From IMG/VR virus record IMGVR_UViG_3300043399_000877, positions 248,001 to 312,000 of that record: a stretch of DNA of 64,000 bases. The stretch is one strand, 5' to 3'. The notes beneath the pieces are model-generated. The model was not told the DNA's origin and ran no database searches. It saw only the letters and a program-made list of their open reading frames with translations. Of the stretch, positions 55,995-64,000 are shown piece after piece; position 1 is the stretch's first letter; every line of letters starts with the position of its first letter. The translations under genes were made by a program, and so were the position numbers.

Positions 55995-56917
55995 TGGAAA
56001 TAAAATATCATCCCGGGTTCGTTATTGCCTGCTTTGTTTTTTATATTGTCTTTACGAATCATTCCAAGTTCTCGTAGTGGTTCATAAAACTCTCGCTCTT
56101 TGACTGATGAGCTCATAGCCATTTGTTTAGGCCATGATGGATATGTCACTTTTATAGCTGTAACTGGTTGTTTTGTTACCTGATCTCTGACACGGTGGTT
56201 GATGTAAACAGCTTTTCCACCCAACGTTTTATCAATAAAAGCGGCAGCTTTTTTGACTCTTCTAAGATGATCTGCATTAAAAAACTCTGGCATACGTTCA
56301 ATAGCTTGTGCATTTTTATCAGCAGCATCGTCTGACCACGCTTTAGCTTGTAGTGGGCTCACGGCGCGTCGCCCGCCGGTCATTCTCTCATCGTCGTCTT
56401 TTCCAAACCCCGGAGCCTCTTTTACGTGTTCTGGTTTGCCCTTGTGTTTGGTTGCAGCATAATCATGCGCTGCTTTCTTGCTCATGCCTTTGGCTACTTT
56501 AGCAACTTCTGGACTTGCCGGCTCTTCGCCTTTTTTGGCAGCATAAACCATACCCATGAACTTTTGTTGTGCTTTTGACTTTGCTTTTTCAAGAAGTGCC
56601 TTGTATTCAAGTTCTTCTGACTCACTCATTGCAGCCTTTGGTTTGCGGTTTTCCGGCATAACAGTGGCAGTGGTCATTTGATCATAACTTAAACTTTTGT
56701 AAACACTGTCAATGTATTCAGCAGCTTTGGTTATTTTTGCCTGTTGCCACCCTTCAAGACCCTTTTCTTCGCTTATGCCTTTTAGCAGTGCATGAAGTTT
56801 TATGGCGTTGTCTGCAAGATGATACAAGTCGGCACGTGCCATCTGCACTTCGTGATCCCAGTCGGCACTTCCAGCAAGCTCTGATAGTCCTTCGGATAAT
56901 TTGTTTTTCTTAGTCAT
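55991..56917 (-). CDS. Multi-module putative internal head protein containing a DUF3008-like module
   Basis: KAKSKAQQKFMG.V.A.KKGE...ATKHKGKPEH. Also a LEGWQQAKITKA module. Confidence 0.6.
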   Translation of the reverse strand: MTKKNKLSEGLSELAGSADWDHEVQMARADLYHLADNAIKLHALLKGISEEKGLEGWQQAKITKAAEYIDSVYKSLSYDQMTTATVMPENRKPKAAMSESEELEYKALLEKAKSKAQQKFMGMVYAAKKGEEPASPEVAKVAKGMSKKAAHDYAATKHKGKPEHVKEAPGFGKDDDERMTGGRRAVSPLQAKAWSDDAADKNAQAIERMPEFFNADHLRRVKKAAAFIDKTLGGKAVYINHRVRDQVTKQPVTAIKVTYPSWPKQMAMSSSVKEREFYEPLRELGMIRKDNIKNKAGNNEPGMIFYFQ

Positions 56918-56944
56918 AGGTATCTCCAAAAGTATTTTAAATAT

Positions 56945-57154
56945 TTATCGTTTTATGGGTCCACCGAATATATTTGTTGTCATATCAAGTGCGTTTTTAA
57001 CGGTTCCGTCTGGATTCGTTGCTTGTTGAGCCCGCGGCAATCCGTTCTTACTTTTACCTATTTTGCGCTTAACTGCCGGCATCGGTGCTGATGCTATTGA
57101 CCCGGCTCCGGTTCCGCCTGCTGTTGCAGATTCTAAAATTTCACGTATTTTCAT
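56945..57154 (-). CDS. Small putative internal head protein
   Basis: MKIREILE N-terminus. Confidence 0.6.
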   Translation of the reverse strand: MKIREILESATAGGTGAGSIASAPMPAVKRKIGKSKNGLPRAQQATNPDGTVKNALDMTTNIFGGPIKR

Positions 57155-57174
57155 TTTTAATACTGTTTGTCCCT

Positions 57175-58335
57175 TTAAAAAAAATCTACACTAAAAGCAT
57201 CATCATAAAAAGCATCCACTGCTCGGTCGTATTCATCTTTGCTAAGGTATTGGTTATGTGTCAAATCAGTTAGACCTGGTTCAGTAACTACGGCATATGC
57301 AAACTTTCTCCGCAAATCCTTATATTCGGGGAGTAGGTTTGTTATTTTCAATGTCCATTTTGGATTTCTTTTTATTAATTTATGCTGAAGATCATAAGGA
57401 ACCGGGTGTCTAGTGGGATCCTTGAGGTCGAGCTTGGGCATAAAACTGGGTTTTTTTGCTATAAGATCCGATACCGCTTCATCACTTAAATCTAACAAAT
57501 CAAAGTTTTTATGTGCCTCATATCCACCACCTTTTATTCCCGTTATGAAATCTTGCAGTAATAAGTCTACTATATACGGATGATATTTAGCAGCAGGCTT
57601 TTCATTAGCACGACCTTTCATCTCTCCTAGCTTCCCATTTTTATCTAAAATGAAAGTTAGGTGAGGTTTTTGTTTTTCACCTTCAATAGTTCTAAAACTA
57701 AGTATTCGATCACCGGCTTTTTCACTAGGGACGTTGCCGCAGTGCCCCATGGCATCTGCTTCGTCACTGCATGCTCCGCGGGCAAGCATGACCCATGCAT
57801 ATTTCCCATATTTTAGTATGATTTTATCATTTTCTTTTGGATTAACCCATTGTTTTTGTTTAGCATTGTGCTCTGCCTCTAAACTTTTTAGTTTGTCCGT
57901 CATCTGACGCGGCAGCATGTTAGCGTCCCAAGTCAGTTGATCCAATAAAGGTATGCTCAACGAATATGTTAGATGCTCTAGTGCATCGGGATTTTGCCAG
58001 CGCAAACTAAAATAGCTGACATCAGCTGTGCGAGTTTCGTCGTAGTCTACTTTGGTAATACGCCGGAAAAGCTGTTTAAGTTCTGCTGTTCTAGATTCAA
58101 ACTTTGGATCGGCCAGTATAGCTGATACTTTTTTATGTGTTTCACTAATTCTGAACCAACGCAGATACCAAACAATTCTGTCTTGACGTTTTAGCGTATT
58201 GCGCAGTTTTCGAACTACACTGTCAGCGCGCCCAGCATCTATGATGTCATTGTTAACCATGGGTTCAAGCATTTGCTTATATTGCGCTTGGTTCTCATCA
58301 AGTCTCAATATTGTTCTAAATTCCAAAAATTTCAT
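57175..58335 (-). CDS. Putative internal head protein with PcfJ-like domain
   Basis: MKFLEF N-terminus. EADAMGHCG...ILSFR...PHLT.....E.KG..N. Confidence 0.6.
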   Translation of the reverse strand: MKFLEFRTILRLDENQAQYKQMLEPMVNNDIIDAGRADSVVRKLRNTLKRQDRIVWYLRWFRISETHKKVSAILADPKFESRTAELKQLFRRITKVDYDETRTADVSYFSLRWQNPDALEHLTYSLSIPLLDQLTWDANMLPRQMTDKLKSLEAEHNAKQKQWVNPKENDKIILKYGKYAWVMLARGACSDEADAMGHCGNVPSEKAGDRILSFRTIEGEKQKPHLTFILDKNGKLGEMKGRANEKPAAKYHPYIVDLLLQDFITGIKGGGYEAHKNFDLLDLSDEAVSDLIAKKPSFMPKLDLKDPTRHPVPYDLQHKLIKRNPKWTLKITNLLPEYKDLRRKFAYAVVTEPGLTDLTHNQYLSKDEYDRAVDAFYDDAFSVDFF

Positions 58336-59066
58336 TATGTCCCCCCAACCAGTTTGCCATGCAAAGGATGCCGAGTTCGACCGGGCTTTGCTTTTGGCAT
58401 AGGCCCGCCGCCCCGTGCCTGGCCTTTGACGCCAGTTGCGTATTCTTCATTTGATTTTTTATTGCGACCGCTTTTCATGTTTGCAAGCCAGTGTGCCATA
58501 CGTTGTTTTTCGCCTGAGCTATTTTTAGCAGTTTTTCGTAAACTACTCACGCTGGCCTTGGTGTTTACTCCCATCCGTTTGGATAATCCTCGTCTTCCCG
58601 GGTTCCGCCCGTCTTTGAAGTTTTCATTTTTTTGATTTATTAATTCTGAATTTATAAATCTGTCAGCAGACACAGGGTTTGCTATAAGCAAATGCCCATT
58701 TTCACTGTATGCCCTGTAAATCTTGTCTTGTGGTAATATTTTAAAAGAAATTTCGTCTCCAAACCAATTTCCAGACGATGTGCTTACAAAAATTCCTTTT
58801 GGAGTACGCCAGTCTTTTCCAGCTCTTAAATCGTATAAGGCAAATTCTCGTTCTCCCGAAACGTCGGCCCTAGGGCGTAATCCACCTGATTTTAAAATTT
58901 CAGCCATTTTTTTGGTTTGGTGATAGACTGTTGTTCCGTTTAGCTTTTCTCGCTCTTCTGGAGAAAGTTCAAAAACATTAAGTCCAACAGTATTTCCAGG
59001 AGGACTTATGATTTTTCCGGATTGATTGTTGTTTTCGTTTATGTTTGAAAATTCACTAAATCGCAT
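58335..59066 (-). CDS. Putative internal head protein with ADP-ribosyltransferase-like domain
   Basis: MRFSEF N-terminus. VYHQT...IL..GGL.P...GIFVSTS. Confidence 0.55.
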   Translation of the reverse strand: MRFSEFSNINENNNQSGKIISPPGNTVGLNVFELSPEEREKLNGTTVYHQTKKMAEILKSGGLRPRADVSGEREFALYDLRAGKDWRTPKGIFVSTSSGNWFGDEISFKILPQDKIYRAYSENGHLLIANPVSADRFINSELINQKNENFKDGRNPGRRGLSKRMGVNTKASVSSLRKTAKNSSGEKQRMAHWLANMKSGRNKKSNEEYATGVKGQARGGGPMPKAKPGRTRHPLHGKLVGGT

Positions 59067-59085
59067 ACCTGACCCAATCTTTATA

Positions 59086-60540
59086 TTATTTATTCAACCA
59101 GTCAAATAACCTTTTTGGTGGGTCAGAGTCAAGTGTATGCCCGCCTTGAATAGCAGCCCATTCAAGTGCAGTATATTTTTCCGGCAACCCTTTTGTAAAC
59201 TTATCCAAATCAAGAACATCTGCTTCTATTGTAGTTTCGCCTCGCAATTTGGCGGCAAATACCGCATGATGCCCGTCACGAACAAACAGTCGATTTTTAT
59301 ATTTTACTATGGGAATACGTTTGTTAGTTTTTACTTTGTCGCGCAACGTGTCTTCGTCTTCTATTCGCACAAACGGTTGTGTTGGCGTAAGTTTTTGGAT
59401 ATCGACTGTTTGGGGGACCGAATTGCTCAATAATTTTTTAGTTGCTGCTGAACGATAACGGTCTGTTGGGTCTGTGTGTAGATGTTTTACTACGTCGTAA
59501 AATGCCGATTCCATCTCGTCAACTAGGTCATCGCTAAATCCCTTTAGTGGAACATACTGACCGGGAACGGTTCCACTACGATCGTACCCGTAGTTTTTTT
59601 CTTTACCGTAAATTTTGGCGGTACGTTTTGCAAGATCAACTGGATCTGCCCTGCGTTCTTCTATGGTCTGCCGCTTGCCGTCACTTCTTAATGCTGGCGG
59701 AAATCCGTCACGAGTTACACGGTTTCCAAATTTTGCCGCTTCGATTCGTGTTTGGTCTACCCCAACATCAACGGTCGTGTTTACGCCCCGAACAATTCTA
59801 CCATCTTCGTTCATATTGGTTTTCATACGAGTTGCAGTGGCAGCTATGCGTATTTCTTCGTCATCGCCCAAATATGCTTCGTGGAAGTTTTCGGCAGTTG
59901 CCGGTCGAACGGTCTCTTCGTATTCGTCTATGATATAGGTGTATATATTTGGATGTTTTGTTACTAACTCGTACCATAGTTTTTTGGAACCGGGGGTTTG
60001 TTGATTATCACTTATGACCTTAATTTTGTATTTGAGTATGGCTATTGAATACAACTGTGATGCAAGGCCGCGTCCACGTAGTTCTTTACTAAAACGAACT
60101 GTACTTTCGTAAAATCCGTTTTCGTATGGAGACATGGTCAAATCTCCGAGTATTCTTATTGGCTTGCTTTTATCATCAATTATGTTAAAAGTGTGTTCTT
60201 GATTTAAGAATCTGTGATAAACAGCGAATCCACCCACAGTGTAGGGAGTTTTTTCTAGAGATTTTAAGTACTGTTGGTTTTGGCTGTCCTGGGTAAAATC
60301 AATGTCGTCCGGGACCCCGGCAATCATTCTTATTTCTTTTATTCGTCCGTGCTTTCCACGAGCGCCGCCCTGCCACCACTTGCACCATCCTTCAGGACTT
60401 ATTTTACCAGCAACTGCGGTACACCGATCAGGATCTCGCCACATAGTGCAATAAATGCACTTTTGCCCAGCATGCGGTTTAGCCTGATAGCCGGCCTCAC
60501 TTTTGCTACTTTTAGATTCCGAAAGGTCGTCCAGCCTCAT
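59086..60540 (-). CDS. Multidomain protein: HiPIP + GNAT + ParB/Srx-like
   Basis: YQ..P..GQKC..C..W....C..V.G.I.P.GWC..W, then LRGRGLASQLY...SD..QT.G...LW, then L.PTQ...DGHH. Confidence 0.7.
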   Translation of the reverse strand: MRLDDLSESKSSKSEAGYQAKPHAGQKCIYCTMWRDPDRCTAVAGKISPEGWCKWWQGGARGKHGRIKEIRMIAGVPDDIDFTQDSQNQQYLKSLEKTPYTVGGFAVYHRFLNQEHTFNIIDDKSKPIRILGDLTMSPYENGFYESTVRFSKELRGRGLASQLYSIAILKYKIKVISDNQQTPGSKKLWYELVTKHPNIYTYIIDEYEETVRPATAENFHEAYLGDDEEIRIAATATRMKTNMNEDGRIVRGVNTTVDVGVDQTRIEAAKFGNRVTRDGFPPALRSDGKRQTIEERRADPVDLAKRTAKIYGKEKNYGYDRSGTVPGQYVPLKGFSDDLVDEMESAFYDVVKHLHTDPTDRYRSAATKKLLSNSVPQTVDIQKLTPTQPFVRIEDEDTLRDKVKTNKRIPIVKYKNRLFVRDGHHAVFAAKLRGETTIEADVLDLDKFTKGLPEKYTALEWAAIQGGHTLDSDPPKRLFDWLNK

Positions 60541-60917
60541 TAGACACCATACCGATTTCTTTTTGGTTTTGCAACCGGGCTAGTTTTGTTTATAGTATCA
60601 AGTTCTTTGCTTTTCATATCGCCTTTGTTTAAGTCAGTATGGCTTGCCCCGGCTGCCTTGTAAGCATGTTTTAGCATTTCTGCTTCTAACTCTGAATATG
60701 GATGCGCCGATTTTCTCTTACCGATCCAACTTTTGCGATCAATATCAATAGGATTAGTACCATCAGCACACGCTAATGCCATCATAAGACGGTATTGTAC
60801 GTAGTCGCTGTTCATATGTTCAGCATCGCTGTATGTGTGTACACCACGAGTAGGCATTTGTTGACGTTTAGTTAGCTTGCCTTCAGTTCGTTCTGTTATT
60901 AATTCTCTTAATCTCAT
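60540..60917 (-). CDS. Putative internal head protein
   Basis: MRLRELITE N-terminus. Confidence 0.65.
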   Translation of the reverse strand: MRLRELITERTEGKLTKRQQMPTRGVHTYSDAEHMNSDYVQYRLMMALACADGTNPIDIDRKSWIGKRKSAHPYSELEAEMLKHAYKAAGASHTDLNKGDMKSKELDTINKTSPVAKPKRNRYGV

Positions 60918-61129
60918 TTTGTTCGACCTCTAAATTGCACTGGTCCGTTGAGGTAAGGCAAGCTAAACCACAACTTAAACCATTCAGGATCACCGGGTTT
61001 TAGACCCATTTCTTTTTCTAAACGTTTCTTTTCCATACCAGTAACTGATATGTTTGAACCGTCGTATAGACTATATCCTTTAAATTCGTTAATGCCAGCT
61101 AGTTTTTTAATGTAATCAAGTTCGTCCAT
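60914..61129 (-). CDS. Small phage protein (IKKLAGI motif)
   Basis: ATGA coupling. Confidence 0.65.
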   Translation of the reverse strand: MDELDYIKKLAGINEFKGYSLYDGSNISVTGMEKKRLEKEMGLKPGDPEWFKLWFSLPYLNGPVQFRGRTK

Positions 61130-61668
61130 TATCGTATAAACTCACTTAATTTATTAAAAAGCCTGTCCGTATACTTATCGTCTGGTACTCCGCGAGCAAA
61201 ACCCGCACGATCGCCGATGCGAACAAGATGTCGTTGTGTGCTTGCACTCATGCCAGAAACATCAGCGGCATCCGGATCACGATCTCCAGCACTGATTACT
61301 GATATAGTGTCGAAGCTATATTCATGGTTATTATATTTTTTTAAAAGTATATCAAAAGATTCTACACGATCCGATCCCACAACCATCACAATGTCAGTAT
61401 AACCTTTTGATTCCAAAAGTTTTAACACGTCAATAATGTTTGATGCGTGGTCGTCACCCACAACTACACCCTTAAAAAACTCAGCAGCAAATTCTTTTTT
61501 TATGTTATACGGTAACGGGTCAGTTCTTGGATGTGTTTTGTGACTTAAAAAAACATAGTGGTCGCCGGGCTGCTTGCATAGAAATTCTACAAGTCGCAAA
61601 TGCCCGGTAGTGGGAGGGTTCATTCTCCCGAACGTAAATACTGCTGTTTTTTTAAGTCTTACGGTCAT
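61129..61668 (-). CDS. HxGH nucleotidyltransferase (cytidyltransferase-like)
   Basis: FGRMNPPTTGH, VVGSDR, GMSAS. Confidence 0.85.
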   Translation of the reverse strand: MTVRLKKTAVFTFGRMNPPTTGHLRLVEFLCKQPGDHYVFLSHKTHPRTDPLPYNIKKEFAAEFFKGVVVGDDHASNIIDVLKLLESKGYTDIVMVVGSDRVESFDILLKKYNNHEYSFDTISVISAGDRDPDAADVSGMSASTQRHLVRIGDRAGFARGVPDDKYTDRLFNKLSEFIR

Positions 61669-62006
61669 GGGTTCTCCAGTGGTGGCATACTTGACTCAGG
61701 GTTGAGTAGTGCATTAATTACTTGCATCTTAGTATGTTTGTCAAATATTTTTTCAGGATCATGTGGAATATTAAATTTTTTGCAATATACTTTTATTCCA
61801 TGATCCACGATTGGAAGTAGTGACTGGGTGTTTATTTCTCTGTTTGTCTTCTTCATATTTTGAAGAGACAACAATGCTGGATACAAGTGCTTGCGATAAA
61901 ACATACGGTCGTTTTGCATGAATATAACTAAATCTTGGCCAGGGTCGTAATTCAACACCGGTTCGTCTTCGCGAGTATTACCGAAAAACTCGTTTATTTT
62001 TACCAT
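61665..62006 (-). CDS. Hypothetical phage protein
   Basis: MVKINEF N-terminus, operon context. Confidence 0.65.
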   Translation of the reverse strand: MVKINEFFGNTREDEPVLNYDPGQDLVIFMQNDRMFYRKHLYPALLSLQNMKKTNREINTQSLLPIVDHGIKVYCKKFNIPHDPEKIFDKHTKMQVINALLNPESSMPPLENP

Positions 62007-62566
62007 TTCTTACAACTCCAAAATCTGGCTTTATGGCGTGGTCCCGGATTATCGCAATTGTGTCTTGCTCTAAAACTCCGGCGTCTCGCCGGGTTGGACT
62101 TTTTAATTCTCATGTTTGGATCACCAAAGTTAACCTTTACAACATTGCCACCGGGTTTCCGCACATACACTTTGAATTTTTTTACGTCGCCACGCATGGG
62201 TTTACCTAACGGGACTGAGCGACCTTGGTATTCTGCCTCGTCGAGAGTTTCATCTTCATTAAACCACATTACACCGTATTCGGCAAAAAAGTCGTCACCC
62301 TCGTATGTTTCTTCTTCGATATCTTCATCCATGTCTGTACTAAATTCAATATCAAAGTCATTAAATCCGCTATCAAAAAGGTAAGTGCTTAGTTTGTTTG
62401 CATACTCGTCGCTTTCGGTTTCGCTTAATGCTCTTGGTAACGGAATATAAAAACACTGGGCTCCTTGATCAGTTTCAAATAGTTGACTTTCCGGAAATAT
62501 AGAACTGTCTATATTCTCAGTCAGTGTATCTTTTTTCTCAAATATAACTCTTACAAAATGTTCCAT
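62000..62566 (-). CDS. Two-module phage protein (acidic N-terminal module, basic C-terminal FRARHNC module)
   Basis: C-terminal AEYQGR.V.L.KP...V.FGD...RRSFRARHNC...FWSC..W. Confidence 0.65.
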   Translation of the reverse strand: MEHFVRVIFEKKDTLTENIDSSIFPESQLFETDQGAQCFYIPLPRALSETESDEYANKLSTYLFDSGFNDFDIEFSTDMDEDIEEETYEGDDFFAEYGVMWFNEDETLDEAEYQGRSVPLGKPMRGDVKKFKVYVRKPGGNVVKVNFGDPNMRIKKSNPARRRSFRARHNCDNPGPRHKARFWSCKKW

Positions 62567-62584
62567 GTCAAGCCTTTTCGTTAT

Positions 62585-63250
62585 TTACCAGGTGTCGCCA
62601 GACCAAGCAACTCTTTTCCATATGTCAGCCACACCGTCAACATAATCCGCAGTGCAATAATAAAAATATGACGAGTCAAATGCTATTGTTCCAACCTTAT
62701 CGTTAACACTACCCTTACTCGTAACCGGAGCAGGCGAGATACGAACCGATCCTCCGTTTGGAAACAACATGGACCCGTCTGCAGAAAACTGCCAGGTATT
62801 CCCATTCGCTGCAATATTCACCGGGGGGTTTGAACCGCTTAAAACCCTAAAATGACTTGTTTCTCCACCTAGGAAGAGATCGGCTATGCTGTTATCTTGA
62901 GAACCGCCTGCGCGAATATGTATGTGGTTCGGGAAAGTAGGTTCTATTATTATGTATTGATCTGTATTATTATTGTTGTATAGTTCGGAGTCTGGAACTA
63001 GTCGTATGGTATCTAGACCAGATTGATCAGCACTGTTAGCATTGCTTCCGTATAAAATCCCCGGACCTAACACTTTGCTTTTAACATGAGTCCTCAGTCC
63101 ATCAAACATAAGCATAACCAGCTTATTTGGATTAGCATTAGTGTCTATAAAAAACCCAACTTCTCCAAACGGTCTTACTTCGTCTGTAGCGTTTGCATTA
63201 GCGTCATTTCCGTCTATTTGGCTTACGTTAATTCTTCTTATGGTGGTCAT
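62585..63250 (-). CDS. Probable virion structural protein
   Basis: Gly/Asn/Ser-rich. C-terminal P.TS.G..G...A.D..Y.Y.C...WKR motif typical of fibre/collar proteins. Confidence 0.6.
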   Translation of the reverse strand: MTTIRRINVSQIDGNDANANATDEVRPFGEVGFFIDTNANPNKLVMLMFDGLRTHVKSKVLGPGILYGSNANSADQSGLDTIRLVPDSELYNNNNTDQYIIIEPTFPNHIHIRAGGSQDNSIADLFLGGETSHFRVLSGSNPPVNIAANGNTWQFSADGSMLFPNGGSVRISPAPVTSKGSVNDKVGTIAFDSSYFYYCTADYVDGVADIWKRVAWSGDTW

Positions 63251-63262
63251 ATTTAACTCCTA

Positions 63263-64000
63263 TTAATCCCAGAACTCTGAACCGTAGAAAACTTTAGCAG
63301 TCCAGTGAACTTTGAGAGTTTTTGCTTCCCCGTCAATCCTACGATAACTGATAGTGCCTTCGTTTTGAACTAACCACAAATCGTCATTTTCTGCGTCAGT
63401 GCTACCACTGCTTACTTCGGTGTGACTTATATGTTCTTCACCACTGTCGTCTACAATGTGTATGGTTCCAATCCATGTTGCCTCTCCAGAATACGCATGG
63501 TAGTCTATGACTGCTCCTCTAAAATCAGCAGCCCCACCCGGTAGGTCAGCTTTATTCCACCATACTACCGGTTCTGCTCCGGTGCTTACTCTATAATAAA
63601 TAGGATCGTTTGTATTAATCGTAACCGAACGATCTCCCACGAGATATATTTGTAACCAGTTATTGGTGCTGGACCCTACCACTCTGGCTGGGTACCAGGT
63701 GATGTCATCCAAACTTATTTCAAGTTCAAAATTTGTTGGACCATCATACAAGTTATATAAATCTTGATCCCATATCAAATAGATGTAATAATCAAATCTG
63801 CTATCAAAACTAGCGCCTTGTACAACCGGTTGCGTTATTCTTTCTGTTACTGAAATAGTTTTATTACCAGATACCTCTTCAATTCTTCGGTTACCACTGG
63901 CTGTAGATTTTACTCTTCCGATTCCGGTAGCTGTTTTGAGTACTGTACCATCCGAAAATTTAACTCCCTCGTTGACTTTTGTAATGTCAATTTCTCTGCG
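63263..64000 (-). CDS. Probable virion structural protein, 3' part (5' end beyond the window)
   Basis: Frame stays open to position 64000 and includes VKFSDGT..KTA. Confidence 0.6.
   Translation of the reverse strand, partial: RREIDITKVNEGVKFSDGTVLKTATGIGRVKSTASGNRRIEEVSGNKTISVTERITQPVVQGASFDSRFDYYIYLIWDQDLYNLYDGPTNFELEISLDDITWYPARVVGSSTNNWLQIYLVGDRSVTINTNDPIYYRVSTGAEPVVWWNKADLPGGAADFRGAVIDYHAYSGEATWIGTIHIVDDSGEEHISHTEVSSGSTDAENDDLWLVQNEGTISYRRIDGEAKTLKVHWTAKVFYGSEFWD

Noticed and set aside
1-64000. tRNA genes, introns/inteins, CRISPR arrays or genetic-code reassignment
   Set aside because: Intergenic gaps are too short, recognisable enzymes are uninterrupted in the standard code, and no repeat-spacer pattern was seen by eye.

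Overview
A gene-dense, AT-rich 64 kb segment of a large T4-like (probably jumbo) dsDNA phage genome. This call rests on a family B DNA polymerase, a gp45-like clamp, a T4 Rnh-like nuclease, a DsbA-like protein, (T)ATAAATA late-promoter-like motifs and virion-type proteins. No rRNA, tRNA, CRISPR array or transposon was recognised. There are four blocks. (1) 1-25.5 kb, mostly + strand: a tailoring-enzyme island with 13 radical SAM enzymes (12 with SPASM/twitch-type Cys clusters, 1 B12-dependent), two QueC-like PP-loop proteins, two methyltransferases, two 2OG-Fe(II) oxygenases, a sulfotransferase, a nitroreductase-like fusion, PLP enzymes, a repeat glycosyltransferase and a nucleotide-sugar dehydrogenase. 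(2) 25.5-31.2 kb, - strand: a polyamine and amide-ligation operon (ornithine decarboxylase with an altered active site, GNAT-like protein, adenylating enzyme, PP-loop ligase, homospermidine synthase). (3) 32-55.4 kb: early and replication genes, including a 7-deazaguanine DNA-modification pathway (folE, queD-like, queE, dpdA/TGT-like, no local queC) interleaved with a glycosyltransferase, gmd, PMM, a UDP-Glc dehydrogenase, a cytidylyltransferase and a phosphoribosyltransferase, next to the clamp and polymerase. (4) 55.9-64 kb: probable capsid-packaged proteins, several sharing a T4 CTS-like N-terminus and carrying HiPIP, GNAT, ParB/Srx, ART-like and PcfJ-like domains. The best candidates for an undescribed system are the radical SAM island, a putative glycosylated 7-deazaguanine DNA modification that may be clamp-coupled, and the protease-processed internal-head polyproteins. 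All assignments come from motifs read by eye; no database search was run.
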